Part shown: positions 23,659-31,549 of the stretch, in pieces | Position numbering within the stretch: the stretch's first letter is position 1 | Layout: the number at the start of each line of letters is the position of its first letter | Source: a virus | Virus record (IMG/VR): IMGVR_UViG_3300032144_000026 | Coordinates: 1-41,659 of that record | Length of the DNA: 41,659 bases | Reading direction: 5' to 3' (one strand) | Notes under the pieces: generated by a model | What the model saw: only the letters and a program-made list of their open reading frames with translations | Told to the model about the DNA's origin: nothing | Databases searched by the model: none | Translations under genes and position numbers: made by a program

Positions 23659-24613
23659 GTCTTTTCTCCACTGCTCTAGTGATCCAATCCATCGACGCCT
23701 TTCTCCAATCGTCCGCCTCAATGCACGACGCAAGATGTAGCGCTTCATCGCTATCCCCCTGCTTGTAGGCGTGCCACGACTGGACTAGGGGGGCGACAGT
23801 ACCGTCAAAGAATGGCTCGGCGAAATAGTCCACCTTGCCGTTGCACAGATCAATACAATCTTGGTCAAACGCCTTGTAGTCCTGGACCAAGGGCTGAGGT
23901 TTGGGATACGGCGACCATTCCCAGCTACCAGAGAACTTGCCCTCTAACAGCGGAAAGTGTCTCTCGTAGACATGCAGGTTGTTGGTCAGTTGATACCAGA
24001 AGCCGACCTTCACCCCCAGACGCGCCGCCATGTACTCTTGCAGGATGCTCATATGGACAGCGTTTGCGCCGCATAGACCAAATACTAGATCATTGCTACG
24101 ATTGGTGATGGTGAAGTCCAGCTTACCTTCCACGATCCGGCACATGATGCTAGTGTTGCACGGGTAGTCTAGCCCAGTGCCCCCTAGGTCATTGTAGCCG
24201 TCCCACATTGACAGCACACTGCGCCGGTCCAGGGGGTTCCTTCCAAGGATCTCGCACACGGTGCTGATCTGGTCGTACCCGAAGTGCTGGCGCCAGCGGT
24301 GACCGTAGGCGGCGTTGAATGTAAGACCATCGTCGCTGTAGGTCATCATGTTCTGATTGAACTGCCGGACGAATGCTGTGTCGTTGCGCCCCGCCAGCAT
24401 CCACAAGGCCTCTACCAAGTGGAAGAATGGATTGGCGTTGCGATCCTTGTCAAACAGCACCCTCTCTACTGGGTTACGGAACTCAACGAAGACGGGGGCT
24501 GGCAGTGCCAGAGCCAGACCATTGCGCGTCTCCACCCCTTGTCCAAAGGTCCGGACCATCGGCATAAGCCGATGGTATGCGGATTGGACGTTTCGCGTGC
24601 TGACGTTATACAC
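23645..24613 (-). CDS. Thymidylate synthase-family enzyme; candidate dUMP hydroxymethylase
   Basis: ThyA-like blocks: AYHRLM..V...G, NPFFHLVEALWMLAGRND, LDYPCNTS (Cys nucleophile) and NRSNDLVFGLCGANAVH (aligns with QRS.D..LG.PFNIASY, Asn retained). GTG start. Confidence 0.75.
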   Translation of the reverse strand: MYNVSTRNVQSAYHRLMPMVRTFGQGVETRNGLALALPAPVFVEFRNPVERVLFDKDRNANPFFHLVEALWMLAGRNDTAFVRQFNQNMMTYSDDGLTFNAAYGHRWRQHFGYDQISTVCEILGRNPLDRRSVLSMWDGYNDLGGTGLDYPCNTSIMCRIVEGKLDFTITNRSNDLVFGLCGANAVHMSILQEYMAARLGVKVGFWYQLTNNLHVYERHFPLLEGKFSGSWEWSPYPKPQPLVQDYKAFDQDCIDLCNGKVDYFAEPFFDGTVAPLVQSWHAYKQGDSDEALHLASCIEADDWRKASMDWITRAVEKRHASQ

Positions 24614-25412
24614 GTTCGTAGATCCTCCGACGACCTGGGCCGTCTGTCACGTAGCGCATGAACTTCTGGAACTCGCAGAGGCAGTTCTGTAGGTCCTGCA
24701 TCTCCAGTTCAGGGATGTAGCCCTTGGTGACCCGCTTCAGGTGGCTCAGCCTGTCGTAGAAGGTTGTCTCCGTGGTGCCGGGTCCGTAGAGGATGTCCAG
24801 CCCCTTCTTACTCCCAGGCCCCATAACCGCGAAATCATTCCAGTCGGGGGCGTAGTGGAGGAACTGGTCATGCTTCAGGTCAGCAATGATCTGCCCGCAC
24901 ATGAAGCTGCCCAGCCCGTCAATCTTGCGGAGACAGTCGAACGCCTCCCTGCAAGAGTGGTTGCTGATATACGCCTTGGCCACCTGCTTGATCAAGTCAT
25001 CGCAGTACTCGATCTTGTCCATTGACTTGCCGCAAGTGCTGACAACGTAGGCCGTGTGGAAGACCTTGCCCCCACTGTCCAGGCGGCACTGGAGATACTC
25101 TGGGCCGAACTTGAAGTAGTCCTCTACACTGGGGGCGAAGTTGAAGAGCCGCGCTGCCGTGTAGAACATGGGCCGCTTGTGCATCGCGAGGTCCATCTTG
25201 ATGCGCAGTTCCCGGAGCTCCTTGGTGCCCCGGTCGTCCTCGCGGCGGATGTTGCAGAAGTGATATCGTTGGAGGATTTTATCATCCGTCCACGGGGGCG
25301 GATCCCCCAACTCCCGCGCCAGCCTGATACTGTTACGTTCATTCACCCAGTAGATAAACCGCTCTAGCTTTCCTGCATTAACGTTCATCATCTTCACCTT
25401 TGAAGAAACCAT
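24606..25412 (-). CDS. aGPT-Pplase-like (alpha-glutamyl/putrescinyl thymine pyrophosphorylase family) DNA base hypermodification protein; the start may be the ATG at 25388
   Basis: N-terminal LERFIYWVNERNSIRL...PPPWTDDKILQRYHFCNIRREDDRGT and C-terminal DLQNCLCEFQKFMRY match the family pattern as I remember it. The gene overlaps both neighbours. Confidence 0.6.
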   Translation of the reverse strand: MVSSKVKMMNVNAGKLERFIYWVNERNSIRLARELGDPPPWTDDKILQRYHFCNIRREDDRGTKELRELRIKMDLAMHKRPMFYTAARLFNFAPSVEDYFKFGPEYLQCRLDSGGKVFHTAYVVSTCGKSMDKIEYCDDLIKQVAKAYISNHSCREAFDCLRKIDGLGSFMCGQIIADLKHDQFLHYAPDWNDFAVMGPGSKKGLDILYGPGTTETTFYDRLSHLKRVTKGYIPELEMQDLQNCLCEFQKFMRYVTDGPGRRRIYERV

Positions 25413-26646
25413 AGTGGGCGTCGTCTGACGCTTGCTCTACTTCTGGTGTCGTGACTCCGTGTTGCTGTGACTTACCTCGTGCTAGGTCTAGCACCTGCAT
25501 CGCCACCCACTTACGATCAAACATGGGTAGCAATTCTATGGCATTACTCATTATACGCCGGTAGCTGCCATAATTCAAATTGCACGCTTCTGAGAGCGCG
25601 TAGCCGTATTCCACGGCGCTATAGTGCTGTGGTATGGCGTAGCAGTTCTCCCCCGCCACAAACAGTTCCCCACGGCCTTCTACGTTGGTGCTTATGCCTA
25701 GGGGGCGCACCACCGGCAGCGCACCCTGGATAATGGCATCAACAATTACCCGGTTGAAGTGCCCCCCAATCTGGGAGTATTTCTTGCTCCATGATGGGTC
25801 TACTAAGCAGGTCATGTTCCGGAGAATGGTGTCCCGCTCATCATTGGTCAGGACGCCAAGGTAGTCCATCCCGGTGCGGAGTGCCCGGTCCCACACTCCA
25901 GGCCACTTGTTCTTGTCTGGGCTGGTCAGGTAGTAATAGTCAATGCCCTTTCCGGCGAGTGCCTTTACCACTCCTTCCCTTACGTGGGGCATCGCGGCCA
26001 CGAGCTCTGGTACGTGCTTCCACGCTTTGAAGGTTTGCAGGCTTAGGAAGCCCCTGCGCCTCTTGCTCCAGGCGGTCCAGGATATGTCCGGCGCCTTCTC
26101 CGGCAGATGTTGTGGATTTGGGATAAAGGAACTCGGTACGGAGATATAAGCAGCGGAGTTGAATGCACAGTGATGTACGCAGATAAGGCCAGTCAGGAAA
26201 TGTTGCACGTCGCACAGCCAAGGGTAGGATGCCAAGAAGTTCCCATCGTGGATCACCGCGAGTTGCGTCACGCCAGTCTGATAAAGGATTTCCCAATCTG
26301 TGTTCCCCCGGTTCTCTTTGCGCTTGGTGGGGACAGCGACCTGCCAAATCACTATGTCAAACTGCCGGATCACGGCCATTGCAGTTGTGAGCGCGCGCCC
26401 CCGGTACGGGATGCACTTGTCGTATGGCCAGCTATACCCGCGCCGCTGGTCGTACTCTAGGCCGGTGTAGGGGGATGTCGTGCCGCGCCCCCCGGCCATC
26501 CCGTTGCGGGGGCGATCTTCACGTGGCAGGAAGCAGAGGGTGGTGACTTCATGACCAAGCTCTTGAAGCCCGGCGCAAAGCTGCTCGTTATGATTTAGAA
26601 TTCCACCAACGTCATCCAGTGGATACCATGCAAGTAGGATCTTCAT
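25378..26646 (-). CDS. GT-B fold (GT4-like) glycosyltransferase; alternative GTG start at 26703
   Basis: MKILLAWYPLDDVGGILNHNEQLCAGLQELGHEV is a classic GT4 N-terminus. The C-terminal GGHFNRVIVDAIIQGALPVV resembles the E/D-x7-E donor-binding region. Confidence 0.7.
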   Translation of the reverse strand: MKILLAWYPLDDVGGILNHNEQLCAGLQELGHEVTTLCFLPREDRPRNGMAGGRGTTSPYTGLEYDQRRGYSWPYDKCIPYRGRALTTAMAVIRQFDIVIWQVAVPTKRKENRGNTDWEILYQTGVTQLAVIHDGNFLASYPWLCDVQHFLTGLICVHHCAFNSAAYISVPSSFIPNPQHLPEKAPDISWTAWSKRRRGFLSLQTFKAWKHVPELVAAMPHVREGVVKALAGKGIDYYYLTSPDKNKWPGVWDRALRTGMDYLGVLTNDERDTILRNMTCLVDPSWSKKYSQIGGHFNRVIVDAIIQGALPVVRPLGISTNVEGRGELFVAGENCYAIPQHYSAVEYGYALSEACNLNYGSYRRIMSNAIELLPMFDRKWVAMQVLDLARGKSQQHGVTTPEVEQASDDAHYGFFKGEDDER

Positions 26647-26676
26647 CTTATTGTCCCATGATTTGGGTGGAAGCCA

Positions 26677-26705
26677 ATAGTATTCGCATTTCTCAGACTC
26701 CACAA
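26677..26705 (-). promoter_or_regulatory. Candidate promoter TTGTGG-N17-TACTAT for the modification operon
   Basis: The reverse complement reads ttgtgg agtctgagaaatgcgaa tactat. It lies between the upstream terminator and the ATG at 26646. Confidence 0.4.
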
Positions 26706-26709
26706 GATC

Positions 26710-26735
26710 AAAACCCCGACTAGTGCCGGGGTTTT
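26710..26735. terminator. Bidirectional terminator closing the 184-aa gene unit
   Basis: aaaaccccg actagtgc cggggtttt: a 9-bp stem including the A-run and T-run, 15 nt after the stop of 26751..27305. Confidence 0.75.
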
Positions 26736-26750
26736 GCGCAGCGAGGGGGG

Positions 26751-27305
26751 TTATTCAACTTCAACAACCCCGGCCTTGGTGACGTACCAGACCAGGAAGG
26801 TATGGGCGACTGCTTTGCCCCCGTTGGCCTCGTAGAACTGGTCAACGGTCATGCCGTCCTTGATGCTTGCGAAAATCTTGCCGCGCTTAGACTCAGCTTG
26901 GTACGTGGTCTTGAGTCCAGCATCGGTAAGACGAAGAGTCTGCGAGCCCAGGAAGACATTTGTGACCCGTGGGATTGGGTTGCCTTCTGCATCCAAGCGC
27001 GGTGCTCGAACTTTCTTGACCGGGATAGGTTGTCCAGCCTCGTCCAGAACATTGTTGCCGTCCTCGTCCTTGACGTACTCTACGACCTTCGCAGGCTTAG
27101 GCCGCTTCATCTTGGTTTCACCCTGGACTTGTAGGCCCTCTTCGTCAAGCAGAGGCGAACCGTCTTCATTCCACTGGGGATAAAGCTTGGGTTCTTTGGG
27201 GGCGGTGGTCCGTGGTTTGCGTTCTTTCTTCTGTGGCACTACTGGGGTCTCGGCTGCTTGGGCTTCTTGTTCGAGACCGGCTTCATAATCAGTCATTTTA
27301 GGCAT
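26751..27305 (-). CDS. Lys/Pro/Glu-rich protein with three (D/E)xxG.P(I/L) repeats; monocistronic unit
   Basis: NEDGSPLLDEEG, DEDGNNVLDEAGQPIPV and LDAEGNPIPRV repeats. It is flanked by its own candidate promoter and a terminator. Confidence 0.8.
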   Translation of the reverse strand: MPKMTDYEAGLEQEAQAAETPVVPQKKERKPRTTAPKEPKLYPQWNEDGSPLLDEEGLQVQGETKMKRPKPAKVVEYVKDEDGNNVLDEAGQPIPVKKVRAPRLDAEGNPIPRVTNVFLGSQTLRLTDAGLKTTYQAESKRGKIFASIKDGMTVDQFYEANGGKAVAHTFLVWYVTKAGVVEVE

Positions 27306-27350
27306 CTCTGTGGTGGGAATTTAGTAGCCCGCCTTTTGGACGGTAGTGCT

Positions 27351-27380
27351 ACTATACCATAGTTGGACCATCCGGTACAA
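27351..27380 (-). promoter_or_regulatory. Candidate promoter TTGTAC-N18-TATAGT
   Basis: The reverse complement reads ttgtac cggatggtccaactatgg tatagt, in the 80-nt gap between the SNF2 gene and the 184-aa gene. Confidence 0.5.
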
Positions 27381-27385
27381 CCATT

Positions 27386-28852
27386 TTATTCCTCCTGGCT
27401 TAGGTTAATTCGTAATAAGGCCAGGAATTCAGCTTCGCTTAGGGCCTTAGACAAGCAGGACATCCGGAGAGCCCTCTCAACCCCACAATCCATCATGATG
27501 CGGTACACCGTGACAGCGTCAGCCTTGCTGCCATGCCGGGCGACGCGCAGGTTGGCCTGATAGGTACGCTCCCAGCTTGGGTCGCCCCCAAACCAAATGA
27601 TGTTGGAGCAGTTGTTCTGCAGCCCGTCAATGCCAAGTGCCACGGACTGGGGATGCCCCAGCATCAGGGGGATATGACCTGCGCTGAACATCTTGCAGTG
27701 CGCTACTCCAGCAGCGACGCTAACGCCTCCGCCAATTCTTGGAACATCGTAGCCAAGCCGCTTGTTGATTCGCTCGAAGTCGTGGCGGTAGGCGTAGAGG
27801 CAGAAGGCCGGCTCACCGTCGAGCTCGGTGACGATGTTTTCAAGGGCGTCGAGCTTGGCCTCATGGATTTCAATCCAGGAGTCGTCACCACGCTCGGTGT
27901 CGATGATGGCGCCTTGGGCAAACTGACGAAGCTTGCCCCATAGGACACCTGAGTTGGGGGCCATGACAACGCTATCGCCAAGAACAAGCAGGAACTCTTT
28001 CTTGAGCTCATTGTATTTCTCCCTAAGGTGCGGAGGCATTGGGACCCAAACGGGGACTTCCATGATCGGCATATCATCGTCACCCTCGGAGACGATGGTT
28101 GTGGGGGCGATCTTAGCGGCCACGCGAGCGGCAGCCCCCGGTAGCTCCTCGTATCCGTAGCCGCTTTCGTCCGGCCGCATGTACTGGAACCGGAAGTGGG
28201 TAATGAAACTGCCAAGGTCTTTCCCCAGGTCGGTGATGTAGCATTGGAAGAACAGGTTCTCCAGCTTGCCGGGGCGCGGAGTCCCTGTCATTACGACCCG
28301 ACGGTTGGTGTACGGGAGATAACAGGCCAAGGACTTGGCACGCAGGCTGTTGGAGTCCTTGAAGCCGGTGGACTCGTCGCATACCAGCATGACCCGCTTG
28401 CCCTCAAACCACGCAATGGCATAGGGATTCCCTTTGTACTTCTTGCGCTTAGAGCCGGGATTGGTGCAAATGGGGCCGAACTCCGTACCGATAAGCCCCT
28501 CGTAGTTCATAAGGTAGACGTCAACCTTAGACTCCAGTGCCGCCTTGCGCGCCTTCTCACCGCCATGGACAATGGCATAGGTCAGGTGGGCAAAGTCGTC
28601 CCAGTAGTTGATCTGGTGCGGCCACGAGGTGGTGATCACCCGTAGGGGGGCGATCACCAGCATGCAGTCAACGAGATCTCTTTTCTTCAGGATGTCGTAC
28701 ACCTTCAGAGCTACCGCCGTCTTCCCCCGGCCCGGTTTCAAAAAGAGACGAAAGCCTGGTTCCGTAACGCCCAGCTTCATGCTCTTTAGCTGTAGGGGCC
28801 GTGGCTCGAATCTTGGCTTGGACGTCTCTAAAGGCAATGTCTGAATCGTCAT
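27386..28852 (-). CDS. SNF2/RAD54-family (SF2) helicase
   Basis: Q-motif RPLQ, motif I LKPGRGKTAV, motif II MLVCDESTGFK, and C-terminal QANLRVARHGS (motif VI-like). Confidence 0.85.
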   Translation of the reverse strand: MTIQTLPLETSKPRFEPRPLQLKSMKLGVTEPGFRLFLKPGRGKTAVALKVYDILKKRDLVDCMLVIAPLRVITTSWPHQINYWDDFAHLTYAIVHGGEKARKAALESKVDVYLMNYEGLIGTEFGPICTNPGSKRKKYKGNPYAIAWFEGKRVMLVCDESTGFKDSNSLRAKSLACYLPYTNRRVVMTGTPRPGKLENLFFQCYITDLGKDLGSFITHFRFQYMRPDESGYGYEELPGAAARVAAKIAPTTIVSEGDDDMPIMEVPVWVPMPPHLREKYNELKKEFLLVLGDSVVMAPNSGVLWGKLRQFAQGAIIDTERGDDSWIEIHEAKLDALENIVTELDGEPAFCLYAYRHDFERINKRLGYDVPRIGGGVSVAAGVAHCKMFSAGHIPLMLGHPQSVALGIDGLQNNCSNIIWFGGDPSWERTYQANLRVARHGSKADAVTVYRIMMDCGVERALRMSCLSKALSEAEFLALLRINLSQEE

Positions 28853-29114
28853 AAACTGCTACCTCAAAGCCCATGTCGCGTAGGAACTCATGGATATACT
28901 TCTGCAGCTTGCGCGGCTCCTCACCGGGGCGCTTGAACTCAATGAAGAGTAGATTGTGCCCCTCCCACAGGACCAGCCGGTCTGGGAAGCCCCGGCGCCC
29001 CTTGATATTGAGCTTGAGGGTGCATACTAGGATGCCACGGTCTCTAGCCCAATTGCCGATGTTGATGCAGAAGCGGTTCTCAATGCTTGTCTCGTAATCG
29101 TCACGGCGCGGCAC
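28668..29114 (-). CDS. VRR-NUC nuclease whose reading frame runs 185 nt into the SNF2 gene
   Basis: RRGFPDRLVLWEGHNLLFIEFKRPGEEPRKLQKYIHEFLRDMGFEV is the VRR-NUC core (PD...E.K...Q). The frame stays open to 28668, out of frame with SNF2. Confidence 0.75.
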   Translation of the reverse strand: MPRRDDYETSIENRFCINIGNWARDRGILVCTLKLNIKGRRGFPDRLVLWEGHNLLFIEFKRPGEEPRKLQKYIHEFLRDMGFEVAVYDDSDIAFRDVQAKIRATAPTAKEHEAGRYGTRLSSLFETGPGEDGGSSEGVRHPEEKRSR

Positions 29115-29754
29115 GGCAATGTCCTCCCTTGCGCCAAGACAATGGGCACCACTGACAAGAGTTGTGGCTTGGAGTGGGGGCGTATGTCTCTTCGTGGTTG
29201 ATGATCTCGATAGTATTGATCAGCTTTACGGTCTCTATCTGCTTTGCCCCTCTGGCATAAGCAGACGGCACCGTGTGCAACGGAATGTCCAAGTAAACGA
29301 ACTCCGTTTCGTAGGCATCCCAGTCGTCTGGTTCTAGGGCCATGTACATGCGACCCTGCTTGGGATGGTCGGGATACACCTTCCCAGACTTCCAGTCTAG
29401 GATATGGCGCACCCCATCTACAGTGTAGCGCAGGTCCACCTTTCCCTTAGCGTAGGCATCAGGGTCGTCATACGCGCATGGCAGCCAGTGACTGTTAACG
29501 GCGATCTCCGCCTCAGGCTCTGGGCTGTACTTGGTCAGATTCTCCATGAATCGCTGCCAAGGGCGGAGCACTTTGTCGCCGTGGGGGAATGCCCCCTTAC
29601 CAAGGAAGAACTCCTCCAGCTTGAAATGGAGCTCGGTGCCGCGCAGGGCGGCAGGCTTGTCAGGCTCACGGTTGCCCAGGACGTATACGTGCTTCCACCA
29701 GAGGGGGCACTTCTCGTACAGGCTGATGCTACTGTAGCTCTGGCACCTTTTCAT
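29101..29754 (-). CDS. PD-(D/E)XK Cas4/RecB-like exonuclease with a Cys cluster
   Basis: There is an N-terminal Cys (YEKCPLWW) and a C-terminal SCQWCPLSWRKGGHC. The core is DLRYTV...ILDWKSGK. The start was refined to the ATG at 29754, an ATGA overlap with the polymerase gene. Confidence 0.75.
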   Translation of the reverse strand: MKRCQSYSSISLYEKCPLWWKHVYVLGNREPDKPAALRGTELHFKLEEFFLGKGAFPHGDKVLRPWQRFMENLTKYSPEPEAEIAVNSHWLPCAYDDPDAYAKGKVDLRYTVDGVRHILDWKSGKVYPDHPKQGRMYMALEPDDWDAYETEFVYLDIPLHTVPSAYARGAKQIETVKLINTIEIINHEETYAPTPSHNSCQWCPLSWRKGGHCRAAP

Positions 29755-31514
29755 TTGGCTGCCTCTGCCCAAGTCTCGCCGATGCCCATAGTCAGGCGCA
29801 TTGGTACGTCGCACGGCAGGGCGTTAGCGGCCTCTACCATAATGCGGCAGATCTCATCCTTGTCGCGCAGCGGGGCGCACAGGTTGATCTCGTCATGCAC
29901 CGTGCCCAGCAGGCGGAAATACCGGGTCACCGACCCAAGGTTCTCCTCTGCGTAGATAATGGCTTCCTTGGTCTGGTCGGCCGACGAACCCTGCACCAGC
30001 AGGTTGAGGGCCTTATAGTCCCAGTTGCGCCCGTTGCTGGGGGGCTCACAATAGCAGAACCGACCCCCCATAGTTTTGATGGGCAGGCCAAGCTGGAACC
30101 GACGCTTGCAATCCCTGTCCAGACGCACAACATCCGGCAAATGCGCTTTGATGGCGTTACGCAGTCCATTAGCGCGTTCGTACGTGCAACCTAGCTTTTC
30201 CGCCAGCAGGGCTGCCCCCATTGCGTACAGTATGCCCAGGAATATGACCTTACTGTCCTTACGGGTTACGTCGCCGCCCACAAGCTCCATAATGAAGATA
30301 TAGGGGTCCATGTCAGGGTCGTCAATAAACGCCTGCATCAGCACGCCATCTTCAAAGTGTGCCGCTACCCGTGGTTCTTGGGCCTTAAAGTCAAAGCTGT
30401 ACCAGACACAGCCCTCGTCCGGCAGGCAGTAGGCCCTCATATTGGGGAAGTGGTCCCCAAAGTAATCCAAGCCCTGTTCATCAGGAATGTTCTGGCCGTT
30501 GGGGGCAGAACTACTCAGGCGCCCGGTGCGCGTGCCGTAGCCATCCTCGTTGCGCACCTGATTGTACTGCGGGTTGATGGTGCCCCCGTTGGCCTCGGCG
30601 TATGCCAGCCACGGTCCCATGAAGGTGCCGGTCAGGGTGGCGTAGGTGGCCCGCGACTTCAGCATAGTCTTGAGTTCCTTGTCCGTTTCCAGGACGCGCT
30701 CAAGGCTTTCCTTGTTGGCAGACAGCCTGCCCGTCGGGGTAAGCAGGAATCCGCTGTACCCGGCCTTCTGCAGCGCCCCCACAAGGTCACGGTCGCTGCC
30801 GGGGTTCAGGTGCGGGCTGTGCAAGCGTTCACGGATCATGTCGTCCAGCTTGTACAACTTGTCCAGCGCCGTGTGGTAGTCGTGGCGCAGGCGCTGTACG
30901 TCAATGCGGATACCCTTGCTCTTAATCTTGGCAAGGATGGGCGCCAGTGTGCGCTCACGGTCATACGGGGGCTGCATCTCCGCCATCTTCTCGAAGCAGT
31001 AGTCATGCAGCCGCTGCGCCATCTCGGTATCGGATTCGGCATACTTGCCGACCAAGCCCCCCGGTGCCCGGCATATATAGGCGCCGCATTGCTTACGACT
31101 ACGGCACTCGGGGACATTGGCCAGGATCCAGTCGTACAGTTCCTGTTGGTCGTCAGGCGGCATACCGAGCCAGTTGGCCGCTAGGTCCTTAAGCCTGAGG
31201 CTGGGGGTGTTCGGGTCAATGAGGTAGGCTTCAAACATTGTGTCGTGGGTTAGAAGGGGGTCGCGCTCTGGCATTCCGAACCAGTACATTGCGACTTCCA
31301 GATCAAACCCGAAGATGTTATGCCCAACGAGCTCCATGTCCCATACACGCTCAAGTTCACGGGCAAACTCTTCCTTAGTACAGTTGTTCTCCGTTGGATG
31401 ACCCCATGCCCAGTAATGGTTAACCCCATTATCACGAATAGAGCAGCCCACAGGCCGCGGAGGAGTTGGGCTTCCATCGACAATGGCCTCTGTTTCAAAG
31501 TCAAGCGAAATCAT
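29751..31514 (-). CDS. Family A DNA polymerase with a 3'-5' exonuclease domain
   Basis: ExoI SLDFETEA and ExoII HNIFGFDLEV. The other motifs are RLSSSAPNGQNIP, motif A DFKAQEPRVAAH, motif B RKDSKVIFLGILYAMG and motif C GTVHDEI. Confidence 0.9.
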   Translation of the reverse strand: MISLDFETEAIVDGSPTPPRPVGCSIRDNGVNHYWAWGHPTENNCTKEEFARELERVWDMELVGHNIFGFDLEVAMYWFGMPERDPLLTHDTMFEAYLIDPNTPSLRLKDLAANWLGMPPDDQQELYDWILANVPECRSRKQCGAYICRAPGGLVGKYAESDTEMAQRLHDYCFEKMAEMQPPYDRERTLAPILAKIKSKGIRIDVQRLRHDYHTALDKLYKLDDMIRERLHSPHLNPGSDRDLVGALQKAGYSGFLLTPTGRLSANKESLERVLETDKELKTMLKSRATYATLTGTFMGPWLAYAEANGGTINPQYNQVRNEDGYGTRTGRLSSSAPNGQNIPDEQGLDYFGDHFPNMRAYCLPDEGCVWYSFDFKAQEPRVAAHFEDGVLMQAFIDDPDMDPYIFIMELVGGDVTRKDSKVIFLGILYAMGAALLAEKLGCTYERANGLRNAIKAHLPDVVRLDRDCKRRFQLGLPIKTMGGRFCYCEPPSNGRNWDYKALNLLVQGSSADQTKEAIIYAEENLGSVTRYFRLLGTVHDEINLCAPLRDKDEICRIMVEAANALPCDVPMRLTMGIGETWAEAAK

Positions 31515-31526
31515 AAGAACTCCAAA

Positions 31527-31542
31527 GGGGGCCGAAGCCCCC
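31527..31542 (-). other. Intercistronic GC-clamp hairpin
   Basis: gggggc cgaa gccccc (a TTCG tetraloop on the transcribed strand), between 31550..32299 and the polymerase RBS. Confidence 0.6.
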
Positions 31543-31549
31543 TCGTTGG

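Noticed and set aside
22832-31514. A Z-genome (2-aminoadenine) system: an HD DatZ-like protein, a MazG-like MazZ and a PolA DpoZ.
   Set aside because: No PurZ or adenylosuccinate-synthetase-like ORF exists anywhere in the genome. The neighbouring genes are ThyA-like and aGPT-Pplase-like, which points to pyrimidine rather than purine chemistry.
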